Part shown: positions 51,936 to 64,000 of the stretch, piece after piece
Layout of the letters: each line of letters starts with the position of its first letter
How positions within the stretch are numbered: position 1 is the first letter of the stretch
Assembly (NCBI GenBank): GCA_964035545.1
Contig: OZ037771.1
Location: 13,329,133 to 13,393,132 of the forward strand
DNA: 64,000 nt
Source: Bugula neritina
Taxonomy: Eukaryota; Animalia; Bryozoa
Direction: 5' to 3'
Made by a program: the position numbers and the translations under genes
The notes under the pieces: model-generated
What the model saw: only the letters and a program-made list of their open reading frames with translations
Told to the model about the DNA's origin: nothing
Databases searched by the model: none

Positions 51936-53569
51936 GTTGATCCCAGTCTATCTTTGGGATCTAAGGGTAAGTGAAACAAGAAAACATAATTTCCTACTAG
52001 GAAGTACTATTGACTAACTCAAATCTCCCTGACTGTAAATACTATTCTGATATAGTGTGATGCAATGCTGCACAACATGAAATAATTTGCATAATGAGCT
52101 AGTAAAAGGCTGTGCGAATCAATACACAGTTATACAATAGTAAATGATAAAGCATTAAGCGATATTAAGTCATACTTATGATGAACAGTCAGTTAATATC
52201 TTACCTAGAAGTAGTAGTTGTTAGTAAAGCTCACAAAACTGTAGCCGCAGTTTACCTGCACTTGAACACAACTTATGGCACAGAATGAAGTGGTCTGTAG
52301 TGAAGGTCAAAGGTTAGGCATCATAGATATAATATTTAGACAAACCATTACTTTTTAATACTTGTACATGCAAAGGTCAATCAATGTAACACTAGTGTGA
52401 ATGATATTAAATAGAATTTCTACATGAATAAAGCTTACTGCACATAGCCAAATAATTCCCAAGTCAAATTCAAGAGCTTCACTTCACCTAGAAATTGTGT
52501 TAATTAAACTTCAATAGAGCTCAAAAGTTGTCTTACCCTACCTGACAAGAGGCCTATAGCAGGTGCTAAATATTTGTTAAGTCACAAAACTTACATAATT
52601 GAAATGAGGCATAGAAAAAGTAGCAAGACCAGAAAATGGGATGTTTACGGCTTCTGGCCTACAGTTGCCAAAAAATGAAACGAACTAAACACAAATTTTC
52701 TGTAATAAAGCCTTGAAATTATCATGTAGAATCATATTAAAAGACAGTAGCTATAAATTAGAAGTCAATGTCAATGCTTATAGTTCAAGACGAAGATTAT
52801 CCCAGCTCACATCAGGAGTTATCCTATGATTTGTGCAAAAGTGAGCAACTTGACTGCACAGTAGAAATTGTCTCCTCATACTGTTATTGTAGAATAGATA
52901 ACCCACGAACTAAAACAGCGAGTAGTGAACAAACTTTTTGTTAGTTGATGCTACTGAGCAGCTTTTCACTTCTTAAAAAGCTGTATGAATATCGGAAATG
53001 CAAAAAGTTTTAGCAGTAATTTCAGATATGACAACTCCATGGCCCAATTGCAATTCAAATAAAAATAGAATTAGGGAAATATGCATCAGCTAACCAACAG
53101 CTAAACAGGAATATCCCTTACACGCTGCATATATTCAACTTGAATAAAAACTTAATTATAAACCTAATACATTATTCCTCTTTAATAAAAACTTATGAAT
53201 ACACTAGTATAAACAACAACTTGAATACACAGAGTGCATGCGATTATAAAATAAAACCATGTATTTTAAAACAAATGGCAAAACAAGGAGATGCAATGAG
53301 TCATGCATCGTTGTCATGATTTACCAAAAAAATAAAGGGTTATAGAAAGCACCATAAGAACAATCATCACATGACTATATATAGCAGCTTCATCATATAA
53401 CTATGAGTAATTATCATCTTGAGATATGAATAATACCAACATTGTCACAAAGCTACCAACATTTATCAAATACAGACTCAACAGTTTATAAAAAGCACCT
53501 AAAACACTGTTCTATATGTAAGCAAGACATAAACAATTATGTTCCTACTGCTACAATAAAGCAACTTGG

Positions 53570-54520
53570 ACTAAAAGGATAGAAATGTGAGCTGGTACAC
53601 TATTGGTCAATTTTAGTCAGCTTAGTGATGTCATCATCCAATGGAACATCTTCTTTGTTTGCCAGAACATTCTTCTTTCGGTTTAAACAGATACAAGTTA
53701 TTCAGGGCTTCAAAATAATATTACTACTGTTATCAAATTAACGAATCATGAATTATATAGCAGGCTGCCAAGTAAGAAATAGTGTGACAACTCCTGAGAA
53801 AAAGTTTGTGCTGTATACACACCTGATTGCAACAGATAATGAGCTACATATATAATTGAGCTTTGTTTTTAAATTTTACCAATATAAAAATCTGAATTAA
53901 AAAAATGAATAGAGAAAAATCTGATTTAACATAATATATAAAATTTGTAAACTCGAAAAAAGAGTTTATTTGCTAGAATTACCTGCAACCTAATGAACAG
54001 GCACACAGCACCTGCAAATAATGCCTCCACACCTATTTAATTGGGAGTTGTCTACTTACGGGCCATAGCAGCGAAAATCTTTGTGACATAGTAGGCGAGG
54101 CCATAGCTAGCGAGGAGAGTTATCATTTCATCTGATGCTATGGAAGTTATTCCTCGCTTTATGGATTGAGAATTAAATACAATAACATATAATATATAGT
54201 ATATACTTTATATACAATATATTAATATATATTATATATAATTATACTGTCTTTAATGGCTTAGATTGCAGCAAGATGCAAAAGGTTAAATAACATAGGT
54301 AAAATGTTTATATAAAACATCAATTTTTAATATTGACAACATGCCGAGGTCAATTAGGGTAACATCAGTGCATGTTCAAGAATTCCTTATGATATCATAG
54401 AACACGTTAATGCCTTCTGCATATAACTAAAAGAATTTACAGGTCAATGTAGAAAGCTTCACTCAGTAGTTATCTTATCTCGATTGCAATCTGCAGACTC
54501 ACACCCGAAGTTATCTTTTC
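53570..54520 (-). pseudogene. Internally deleted ANKH pseudogene (copy C, B-like)
   Basis: Last exon (~53600-53707) and 3' half of exon 11 fused at CTA (~54032-54034) to intron 2 and exon 2 (~54060-54165; acceptor CAG changed to CAA); ~54280-54400 resembles B upstream region ~52308-52400; exon 1 absent. Confidence 0.88.
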
Positions 54521-56478
54521 ATACTTGACACATGGTAGCAAAACATAAGATCATGTTCACAGCACGAATAAGATCACTCCTTTTGCATTTTGTGGCCTTA
54601 GATCATTAGCTAATCTGCACTACGAGCGGTTTGAAAGCTTTTCAATAAGTTAGCAAGTACCTCATGGCTAAGTTGTAACAAAAGAAGTGAGATTGTAGTA
54701 GAGCTGTAATGTTTTCAATTATACTAGTTAGCAAATTTATAGTTTGTATGTATTAGAGATCATGCAATACAAAAAATGTATGATAAAACTAAAAGTAAGT
54801 GTAAAGTTTCTAGTCTGATTATTCAAAGTTGGAGTGTGAAGTTTTGAATTAGTTCCGTAACTCGACAGTCTCACTCTAAACTCGAAAGGTTGTGTCATTT
54901 TAGAGAATAATAAAGATAGAGAATACAATAGAACAGAGTCTATGCCATAGCCTGCTGTTGCATTTGTGATCGCAAAAGAAAAAAAACTCCTAATTCATCA
55001 AAAGAATTGTAGAAAGTTTAAAAGATTATATATTATTATAAATTAACTAGACATAACTGCTTTGGGACTTTACAGAAAAATTTCCAGAATTGATTCATAA
55101 TACTAAAAATCATTACAATACGAGATAAGAAGTTGAGCTGGTAAAATGCCAACAGAGTAACAGGCTTTGGAATAACAGAGCTTAGCCATAAAACAAAGGG
55201 TAAAAATCACTAACTAAAACAACATCACTGTAAACGTAACAGAGTTTTTATGAAAAACACATGCAGTTGTCAAATTGCAACCAAAAACACAAAGAAAAAC
55301 ATTCAACAAGTACACAAAATCAACTTGAATTATTTTCAAATTAACAATATAACCCAAAAAAAGTTACACAAAAGTAACAATATAATCCACAAAATAGACA
55401 AAAGTAACAATAAAACACACAAGATACTCAATAAGATACACAATGTATATGCAAATTTAACACAATACTTATTTCAATACACAGATAGAGTGGTATAGAG
55501 AAAAAACAACTATGCTTTCATACTGAATACAAAAAGGAAGATTTTGAAAAAGCTGATGCACACCCACGTTATACAGCAGCAAGACCTGAGTAAGTCAGCT
55601 CCCACACAGAAGTAAGGTCATGTTGTGCTAATCACATGTTTAACTCAATAGCACAAAATAAAGAGTATATTTTGAGATATTCTTGTAAAAACAAATACAT
55701 CAAAAAACCTATTAACATATGATATAATACTGTAATAATGAGGGAATAATCCCATTTCTCTTAAATAGAGAAATTACAGCACATACTTTACAAATACTGA
55801 TGAGTCATAATAGCTTCTAGTTCCTAAATAAGCCTACGTTCCTAGGATATTAGCAAAAATCTTTAACCTATTTAGTAGAGTCAAAATAGAAGTTGAATCG
55901 GCTTAGAGCAGTAAACTAGTTGATTTTCCACACTACATTTAGTGGTCATAGTTTAGCAGTCCAAACCCCTAGCACCCATCATCATTGAACAGCGAAGGAA
56001 GAAATTAAATATATAAAATCTAGCTTTGGCAAACCAAGTAAATGTGGAAATTAAACAAAATGTAGACACTCCAAAGTTAGCAGTTTTGGCAGGGATGACT
56101 TGAATTAGACTTTTCAATGTATCGGCATAAGGATAGGAGCGATGGAAATATAGAACTGAGGGGGGGGGGGGAGTAAAGGAGGATAAAGAGGCGGGGAGTG
56201 CGGAAAAGTAGGGAAGGGTAAAAAGGGGGACTGGGGAAGGGGAGAGCAAAAAAGTAGAAGGGAAAGAAACTGAAATGTAGTAGAGGTAAGTATAAGGAGT
56301 GTAGTAGAGGTAAGTGCAATGCCATATAAATATACTATATTTGATATATCTTTGGTGTCGATTGTAGTATATTCAACTGAAACATGTTGATACTACGCAA
56401 GCAGGAACTGCAAGCCACCTGCATATAATCACATCAAATCCTGAGATGTATAACACATGGTCCATACAGAGATTCAGG

Positions 56479-59400
56479 TTAGGGGGGAGCATGTGGAGCC
56501 CCCGTATTGTTTGAAGAGTCTTTGGGATTGTCTACAGCATCAGCTTCCACCAGCGTAACATCTTCAGGTTTAACTTCTTCAGGTTTGGATTTGTTTCTTT
56601 TCCAACAGCTGGTGATGTCAAGGTCAGGCTACAAGGTCACAGTCAGCAGATTGAGTATAACATGACATATGAGTACATTATGGCATCATGTGAGTATAAT
56701 ACGTCGTCACGCGACGTGTAGCAACTCATGCAATGGCACATTTAACCTCTTATAATACAAAGATACTGCGGGTATCACTGTATTACAGTGATACTGTATT
56801 ACAGTAAAATAAGATGAGTATAAATACTGCAAGATGCAATAAATATGGTGTCCATGAATGTAAAGAAATTTATAAAGCTCAGGAGAAAGTTTTATGTTCA
56901 CAAATGAATTCCATTTTGAACATGAATAAAAGCTTTACTTTTTAAATGACATAAATATCTTAGCTTCTCGCATACGGCATGAAATGCTCTATAAACAAAA
57001 TATAGTTGAACACACATTCCTACCTTCAGCTTCACAAGAATACAGGCCATGGCCACGAAGAACAATTCTACAGCAAAACTAAACTCAAGACAGGTAACTC
57101 CGAGGATAGCACCAGATAATCTACAAATGTAGGTCAATACGTCTGACGTCACTTAGCATTGCATCAGAAGCTCAAACACTTTAATACAATAACTAACTCA
57201 ACACAGCTAACATAGAGTTATCTTCTCTATAAATAGGGGTTAATACTCCAACTTCATCGTTTTGGTCAACTTTGCTTTTCCTATCCACAGCAATGTAAAC
57301 AGTCTAAATACTTGGTAAGTGACCTTGACTTTTCGTATGATCACAAAAATGTGTCAAAGCCCACAGATTGCAGATAGTATTATTACACTTTTATATGTTG
57401 ACAACAGAGTACACAGGAAATAGTGGAAATATAGTTTATATATGGCATACTATTCTTAATATAGAATTTATTATTTTCATATAAGATAAATTCATACTAA
57501 TCCAAGAGAATTATCGATGAGAATCAAGAGTTTCCAAAAACTCATTTAGGTGAGAAGAATTCAGTTTTAGTTGAAAAGTGCTCAGAGGTTATCGAAAATT
57601 CAACTATTGAAGTTTGACTTTTAAAGTTGCGACAGTAATCCAGAGCCTTAACCTACTATCACGTAACCCACCCGAGTTTAGGAACTGTGGCTAGTCCCAG
57701 CAGGATGCTCAGGAATCTGAATATAGCACTCGGAGTCAGGTACATAGTCTTCTTTTTAGCCAATAGGATGCCAGACAGGTGAGACCGCATGCCAACTGTG
57801 AAATAGAGAAGTGATGCTCCGTCTAAGTGTCACAACACGGTACAGGTATACATAGTAGTAGAGCAGTAGCTGAGCTGATTCACTGGTAATGACTGAGTCA
57901 TATGGTGACAGTGACTGAGTCATATAGTGGCAGTGACCGAGTCATATAGTGACAGTGACTGAGTAATATAGGGACAGTAACTGAGTCATATAATGACAGT
58001 GACTGAGTCATACATAGCGACAGTGACTGAGTAATATAGTGACAGTGACTGAGTTATATAGTGACAGTAACTGAGTCATATAGTGACAGTGACTGAGTCA
58101 TATAGTGATAGTGACTGAGTCATGTAACTAGAGTAACTTGACTCACTCAGCAGGGAGATGCCCATAGATATCTTGAGAGGCATGAGAGAGAGCTGTGCCA
58201 GCTCATCTGTCAGACCGACAACTTTAGTCATGATCCCGTAGGCGACTCCCGGGGTGACGAAGAGTATAATGTTGATCAGGAAGACCAGCAGAGTACAGAA
58301 AGTGGCGTATAGTGTGAGGAACTGCAGGGAGACAAATGGGAGAGTTGATAGAACATAGCAGACGTATATTCTATATAAACAGGCGGGGGATAATAGCACT
58401 AGCACGATTTTAGAGTAATAATGCCTTTTGTAAAAAAACTTTTTAGGATGTAGAAGATACCAAAATTGAAAGGTCAAACAAATTGAAGAATTAAGCTAAC
58501 CCGTCATTTTGCCACTGTATTTTATCATGCACCTGCCTGAAACATTAAACAACTTGGCTAAATAAATCGAATGCTATACAAGCATAGAAAATAAAAGTTT
58601 GCAAGAAATTAATTATAATTTAACAGTGAAATGAAACGACTGAGCATCAACATGTACCAACATCATAAACTGCTACAAACAAGTTAAAACTTACTTTCAT
58701 TTTAAACTTAGGGTGCATATCTGTCTGCTTGTGAAAAGTGGGGACAACTGTCCGCAAGTCCGTGAGCCAAGAGAAGAAAACTCTGCTAGTTGGGTACACA
58801 GCAGTGAGTACTGCAACAGCCTAAAGTCAGCAGCAGTAGCATGTTCTCAACATTGATAGTGATACACACTGTGGACACAGCAATGAACACTGTGGACACA
58901 ATAGTAGGGGTCAGCCATGGTCTAGGCCCTAGGGGTTAGAGCACATGGCTTAATAGGCACGAAGTCATGGGTTCAAACCCTAGTAAAGGCCATTGGTGAT
59001 GTTAGGAAGAGCATCCAGTCATAATTTCTCCTGTGCCACATCTGAATAAATCTTTAGCCCGCTTAAAAAACCTTTCCACCAGGGGTTTCTCACAGAGATG
59101 GTGACTATAAACATGCGTGAGTTTTTATTATAAACACAGTAGCAAACAGCGTGAAGAAGATTGTGTAAAGAAATTAATTATTTATTAACATGGATCTTTT
59201 GTAAAATAAAAAAAAGTGAAAAACTGCGGCAGAATATTGACTAAAATCTCTCAGTACTAACAATTTGATAGCAATCATCAGCACACTTCACTAAATATTT
59301 ACAAAAGTCTCGAAAGATGTTGATTATATGTTTAACCAAGATTCTACCGCAATCTCTTTCTTTAAAGACACATAAAACACTACGAAATATGTTTAGGAAA

Positions 59401-62400
59401 CTTGAAAGGCTTAATATGTGCACAAAGAAAACATTGTTATAAAAATAAATTTGCAGTAAATAATTTTGCGGTTAGGACACTTACTTGGGCTGCAGCTACT
59501 TCACTGACATTTACCGCGAGATTTCTAGAGACTACCAAGTTGATGATGGGCCGTCCAAGGACTTGAGACAGTCGGACTAAAGTTAAAGGAAACCAGAAGC
59601 AGATTCCCTGCCCGACGGTGAGAGGTTTCTACAAGATTTCAACAGATGGATTTAGGGGTGTGCAGAGTACGCCCCTCAGTGTATTGGTAGTCTCCATAAG
59701 CTAAGTGTTTACAATGTGGTTTACATCAAAGGGTGAATGGGCAAAGTGATGGCAATTCAACTTTTGACCTTCACCCTAAAAGCGCCATTATGCCACTCAC
59801 TTGTACTACTAATTTATGTAAAAAATAGTAATTCTGTTATTTTTCAGGGTGAGGTTAGCAATTTATTCCTTTTTAATTTTGTTTATGAAAACGCCTTTAA
59901 ACCAGTTTCTAAATCCAATCATAAACGTAAAGTGAAAGCTATAAATGATTACAATAATATTGAATATATCAATTTAAGCATCGCTGTTGGTTTGTGAGCT
60001 ATATTAGAAAAAAAGTATTACAATTTATTACAAATAAATAGAGAATACATTTGACACTAATATTCCTAGTAATTATGAGTGTTAGCTGATGAAAATCTGA
60101 CTACAAGGCTTAAGGGTAGAACCCAGTCATGCTCAAAGTTCAGACGGCCAAAAAATTTAATTGCTGCTATTAATTAGTGTTATTTTGGATAAGTTTATTT
60201 TGGTAAAAATGTATTATTTTAATTTTGGTTTTCTGTTGCAAACATATAATAGCATATAATATCTAGAATAAAACTAGATAAATTCACCACAAAGCATTCA
60301 CCAAAACAGTACTTGAGGCCACACCCCCTACAACGAGCACCACTCTGAATACACCACGCTGGTTGACATGAAACCACACAACACATGCATGAAGAACTTA
60401 AAGCCTAGAATATTGCTATGTCTTTCCTGACTAGATGACAATTAGATAGTAGATAACGAACCTTTCGGGACGATGTCACAGGAAGTTTGTCTCTCGCAAA
60501 CACATACCAGAATCCCACAGCTAGTATTAGTCTAGCAATGAGCCCAGCATAGAGAGCGGAGACAGGAACCAGCACTGGTTCTGTACGGGTTGGTGTGAAG
60601 AGTAACCCGATTACAAAGATGACCTGCAGCAAGTGTCAAGTAGTATTGCAAGGTGTCATGCTGATTAAACTTAGTTTTATACCACAATTTAGATACTGAC
60701 AGATTGTTTCCAACACTTTTGAGCAAGTACACAATACCAAACTCCACCTTGACATGAGGTGACATACTCTCAAAGTATACCCACCTGCATCAGAAAGTCT
60801 GCGAACTTGGCAGCTCCGGCATACACGGTGAGTTTGTGGTAGATGAGTCCTCCTTCATAATAGTAGGCCTACAGAACACAAGGACTAGGCACTGAGTCAT
60901 CACTAGTCACAAGATCACATAGCTGTGAGTCATCACTGGTCACATGATCACATAGCTGTGAATCATCACTAGTCACATGACATAATATACTATTATAATA
61001 AATAATGGCATATAATATAATATATAATATAATAAACAATGGCATATGACCGTACAGCTGCTTCAATTAAAGGAGTAATACTGAGGTAGGCTATGATGCT
61101 GCACGTTGTATCTGAGACTTCTTGAGATTGTCTGTGGACATCTCGTATCAGCCATGTGCCCAGCGGAGTCAATCCTACGACCAATAGAACACAGTATTCA
61201 CTGCTGAGCAGCTGTAGCCGGGAGTAACACGAACATTGCTGTAACACGCTTTATTATAGAAATACCATTTAGACATTTTTCACATATATATTCAGGTATT
61301 GATTTGTGTTCCGGACTCCTTTACAGGATCTAAACCTTCAAAATCTCTTCATATCAAACCCTTCGTTGACAAAACAATGTCTGATTTTATCATTCTTACA
61401 GCTTTTAAAGCCAATATGTAACAATTACTAGCTGATTGTCAGTTATTAGTGTATAAAACACCATCACTCCACTCACCGAGAATAAGGAGCATTACTGATA
61501 AAATTGTTCCAATCACCAAAGATAATATTGTCATCTTGAAGTTGTCCCTCTTGGTATTCACGAGAACAATGCTGATGTTTCTCAGCTCCACTGTAAAACC
61601 CCAAATAAACTCCCTAAAAGACTAAAGAGTTTACAGCAACTCCTCATTAATGTCAGGCAACATAGCTTAGCCTGATACATCATCTTAATATGACCCAGCT
61701 AGAGCCTGGTCTACTAGCTTAGTACAGCGCCTCGTGTAACAGCAGTGACTAAGCCAAGGCTACCCTCTAAAGAAAGTTTAACAGAGTCCCTTAAAAGGTT
61801 AACATAGCAGGTGCAGAGTATTAAGTGAGTACATTATAAGTAAGTACATTAAAAATAGAGTGAAAGTAAGTAGCGCAGTAAATAAGTTCAGAAAAAGTAA
61901 GTACAGCAAAAAGGTGCAGAGCAGTGAGTACAGAACTAGTAAATAAAATAGTGAGTAAATACATTAGATGTGGAGTAGAAGTAAAGTAAAAGCACGTAGC
62001 ATAGCAAATAACTACAGTAGAAGTAACTACAGTAGAAGTAAGTACAGTAGAAGTAACTACAGTAGAAGTAATTACAGTAGAAGTAACTACAGTAGAAGTA
62101 ATTACAGTAGAAGTAACTACAGTAGAAGTAATTACAGTAGAAGTAATTACAGTAGAAGTAAGTACAGTAGAAGTAAGTACAGTAGAAGTAATTACAGTAG
62201 AAGTAAGTACAGTAGAAGTAAGTACAGTAGAAGTAAGTAAAATAGTGAGTAACTATAACTCCTATGAGCCGTACTTGAGTTGGCAGCGAATATTCTAGTG
62301 ACGTAAGCAGCGAGTCCATAACTGGCCAGTAGAGTCACCATTTCATCTGATGCTATGGAAGTTATGCCGATATTAATGGCCTACAATACACATGTCTGTA

Positions 62401-62760
62401 TAAAGTATACGCAATACACACAACTACTTACTAAATACTAAATATAAACAAATACTTAGTAAATACTAATAAAAATTACTAAACAGTAACACAGATGACT
62501 GAACTCTCCCTACTAAAATATTGAAAAACAAGTCACACCTGCTCGGCAGCGTCTGGAACCATCTGAGTGATAACCAAAGGCAGCATAAATTTGGTCAGCA
62601 TGATCAACTTCTCAGCTGTAGTCATCACCTTAGCACCTCCATCTGCTTTGATCTCTACATCCTGTTCAGCAACGACCTCTCCATCTGCAGGTCTGATTGT
62701 GTCATCTCGGGCAGAGGCACCGTCTAGCAGACTTAGTTCTGTTGCATCATCCTTATCCAT
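56479..62760 (-). CDS. ANKH: Progressive ankylosis protein homolog, copy A, 12 coding exons
   Basis: Approximate exons 62760-62539, 62380-62275, 61591-61477, 61170-61054, 60868-60785, 60623-60462, 59628-59485, 58820-58695, 58322-58147, 57795-57671, 57121-57024, 56628-56479. ELRNISIVLVNTKRD, FWFPLTLVRLSQVLGRPIINLVVSRNL, MRSHLSGILLAKKKTMYLTPSAIFR; same intron positions as copy B. Confidence 0.93.
57888..58146. repeat. 22-bp minisatellite next to ANKH-A exon 9 donor
   Basis: Unit GTGACAGTGACTGAGTCATATA, about 10 copies. Confidence 0.9.
58905..59110 (+). mobile_element. tRNA-derived SINE with conserved central domain (MetaSINE-like)
   Basis: TGGTCTAG...GGTTAGAGCA, B box GGGTTCAAACCC, then GGCCATTGGTGATGTTAGGAAGAGCATCCAG, resembling the AGGAAGGGCATCCGG core recalled for Meta-domain SINEs. 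Confidence 0.6.
61990..62240. repeat. 15-bp minisatellite just inside ANKH-A intron 2
   Basis: Unit AGTAGAAGTAA(C/T/G)TAC, about 15 copies. Confidence 0.92.
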
Positions 62761-64000
62761 TCTTAACTGCTGCCTGGTTAGCGGCAGCGTGTGTTGAGGT
62801 GAGCGGCAGAACTATTTTTAAACAAAAAACACTATTTCATGAATAAATGAAGTATGGGAAGGTGCAGCGATGGAGAAATTATAAAAGCCTGTGTTCTAGA
62901 TTGGAAATGTTGCAAAAAATTATGTTCTCGTGAGAATTTCAACTAAAATTTATCAAGAAAATTAAAGGAATTGGGCTGTCAAAATTTTTCCAACATTGCA
63001 CATAAATAGTGCCAACAGCCCACTAATATCACACACTAGATGAGTGACATCTACTACAGTTAGAACACCATTCAACCTTTCATCAGTTGTCCTAGATTTC
63101 AACCTTATGGTGGTCACTTTATCTTGTGAGTAAAAACTCTTATATAACTTATATTTTATCAATATAATGTTCAGTTGAAGTAATTTTCAACACGTTCTAT
63201 AAAGCATTGGAAGACATTTTTAATGGGTAAATAATAAAAACTTTCATTAGCAGTCATATAATGCTAGTAAATTTTTGTCTTCAGTAACATAAAAAACTCA
63301 GATAAAGATGTGCATAAACCAATCTATATCTAATCAGACCAACATTGTGTGGGTACCAGCAAACAACAGAAACCTGATGGAAAGCTCACTAGATAATAGA
63401 GGATAAAAATGATGGAAAAGTGAACTATAGGGTAAAAATAACGTCATGATTCATAAGGCTAGATATGCAGTAGGTTGAGGGTTAGATTCAAGATATCAGC
63501 AGTTGGAAAACTCATTCTCAAACTTTAGACATAAAGCTACACAGATAACCATTTACCCAACTGAAATTCCCTTGAGACAATGTTACAATACAGTGAACAA
63601 ATACGATCACTAAAATTTCAGTACAAACTATGCGCTAGTCTGAATATAAATGCATCTATAATAATAAAACCTACAAAAGCAAAAAATCAACAGCACACCA
63701 TTAGCAAAACTTCGGTTATACCATCTCGGCTAGCCAGTTTATACACAGCAGCCCAGTGCAAACAGACTGTATGTAATAGTCTATAATATTTTACACTCTA
63801 TAAACTTATATTAATCTGGCAGAACTTTTGATGCAAGCGAGCACAATTTATCAGACTATACTGAAAGAGCTGATGTATACTTTACTTAGAAGGTCAAAGA
63901 GTAAACATTCCGGTAAAATACATCAACAAATGCTGAGTGCATTTATGCTAGAAACTGGTACATGAGGTACATAGGTTGAAAACTTGACATTTGCAAAAAA

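Noticed and set aside
55797-55840. CTGATGA as a fourth hammerhead
   Set aside because: No stem II followed by GAAA and no cleavage triplet with stem I.
55200-56330. A-rich and purine-rich tracts downstream of ANKH-A as a gene or element
   Set aside because: Low complexity; no recognisable domain, termini or second copy in the window.

Overview
AT-rich, intron-rich animal genomic DNA; a lophotrochozoan such as a bryozoan is a low-confidence guess from the TRIM/NHL gene types. Splicing exons by hand gives these genes: (1) a myotubularin MTMR1/2-type gene on the minus strand that runs off the left edge, with a complete 10-exon presenilin gene nested antisense inside one of its introns; (2) a RING/B-box/beta-propeller TRIM-like gene with a frameshift; (3) an orphan two-exon secreted pro-protein gene; (4) an apparently intact 7-exon divergent class-A GPCR, with a stack of nested transposons in intron 3 and an inverted partial pseudocopy upstream; (5) a secreted NHL-repeat/HYR-like protein gene; (6) a tandem ANKH cluster of two full 12-exon genes and an internally deleted pseudogene. 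Mobile DNA includes two Penelope-like retroelement remnants, three hammerhead-ribozyme motifs (one inside a perfect 92-bp-arm palindrome), LTR relics, a LINE 3' end, a long-TIR element, a MITE and tRNA-derived repeats. A recurring pattern is tandem repeats starting at exon-intron boundaries, some of them amplified splice donors. All calls are by eye; no database searches were run.
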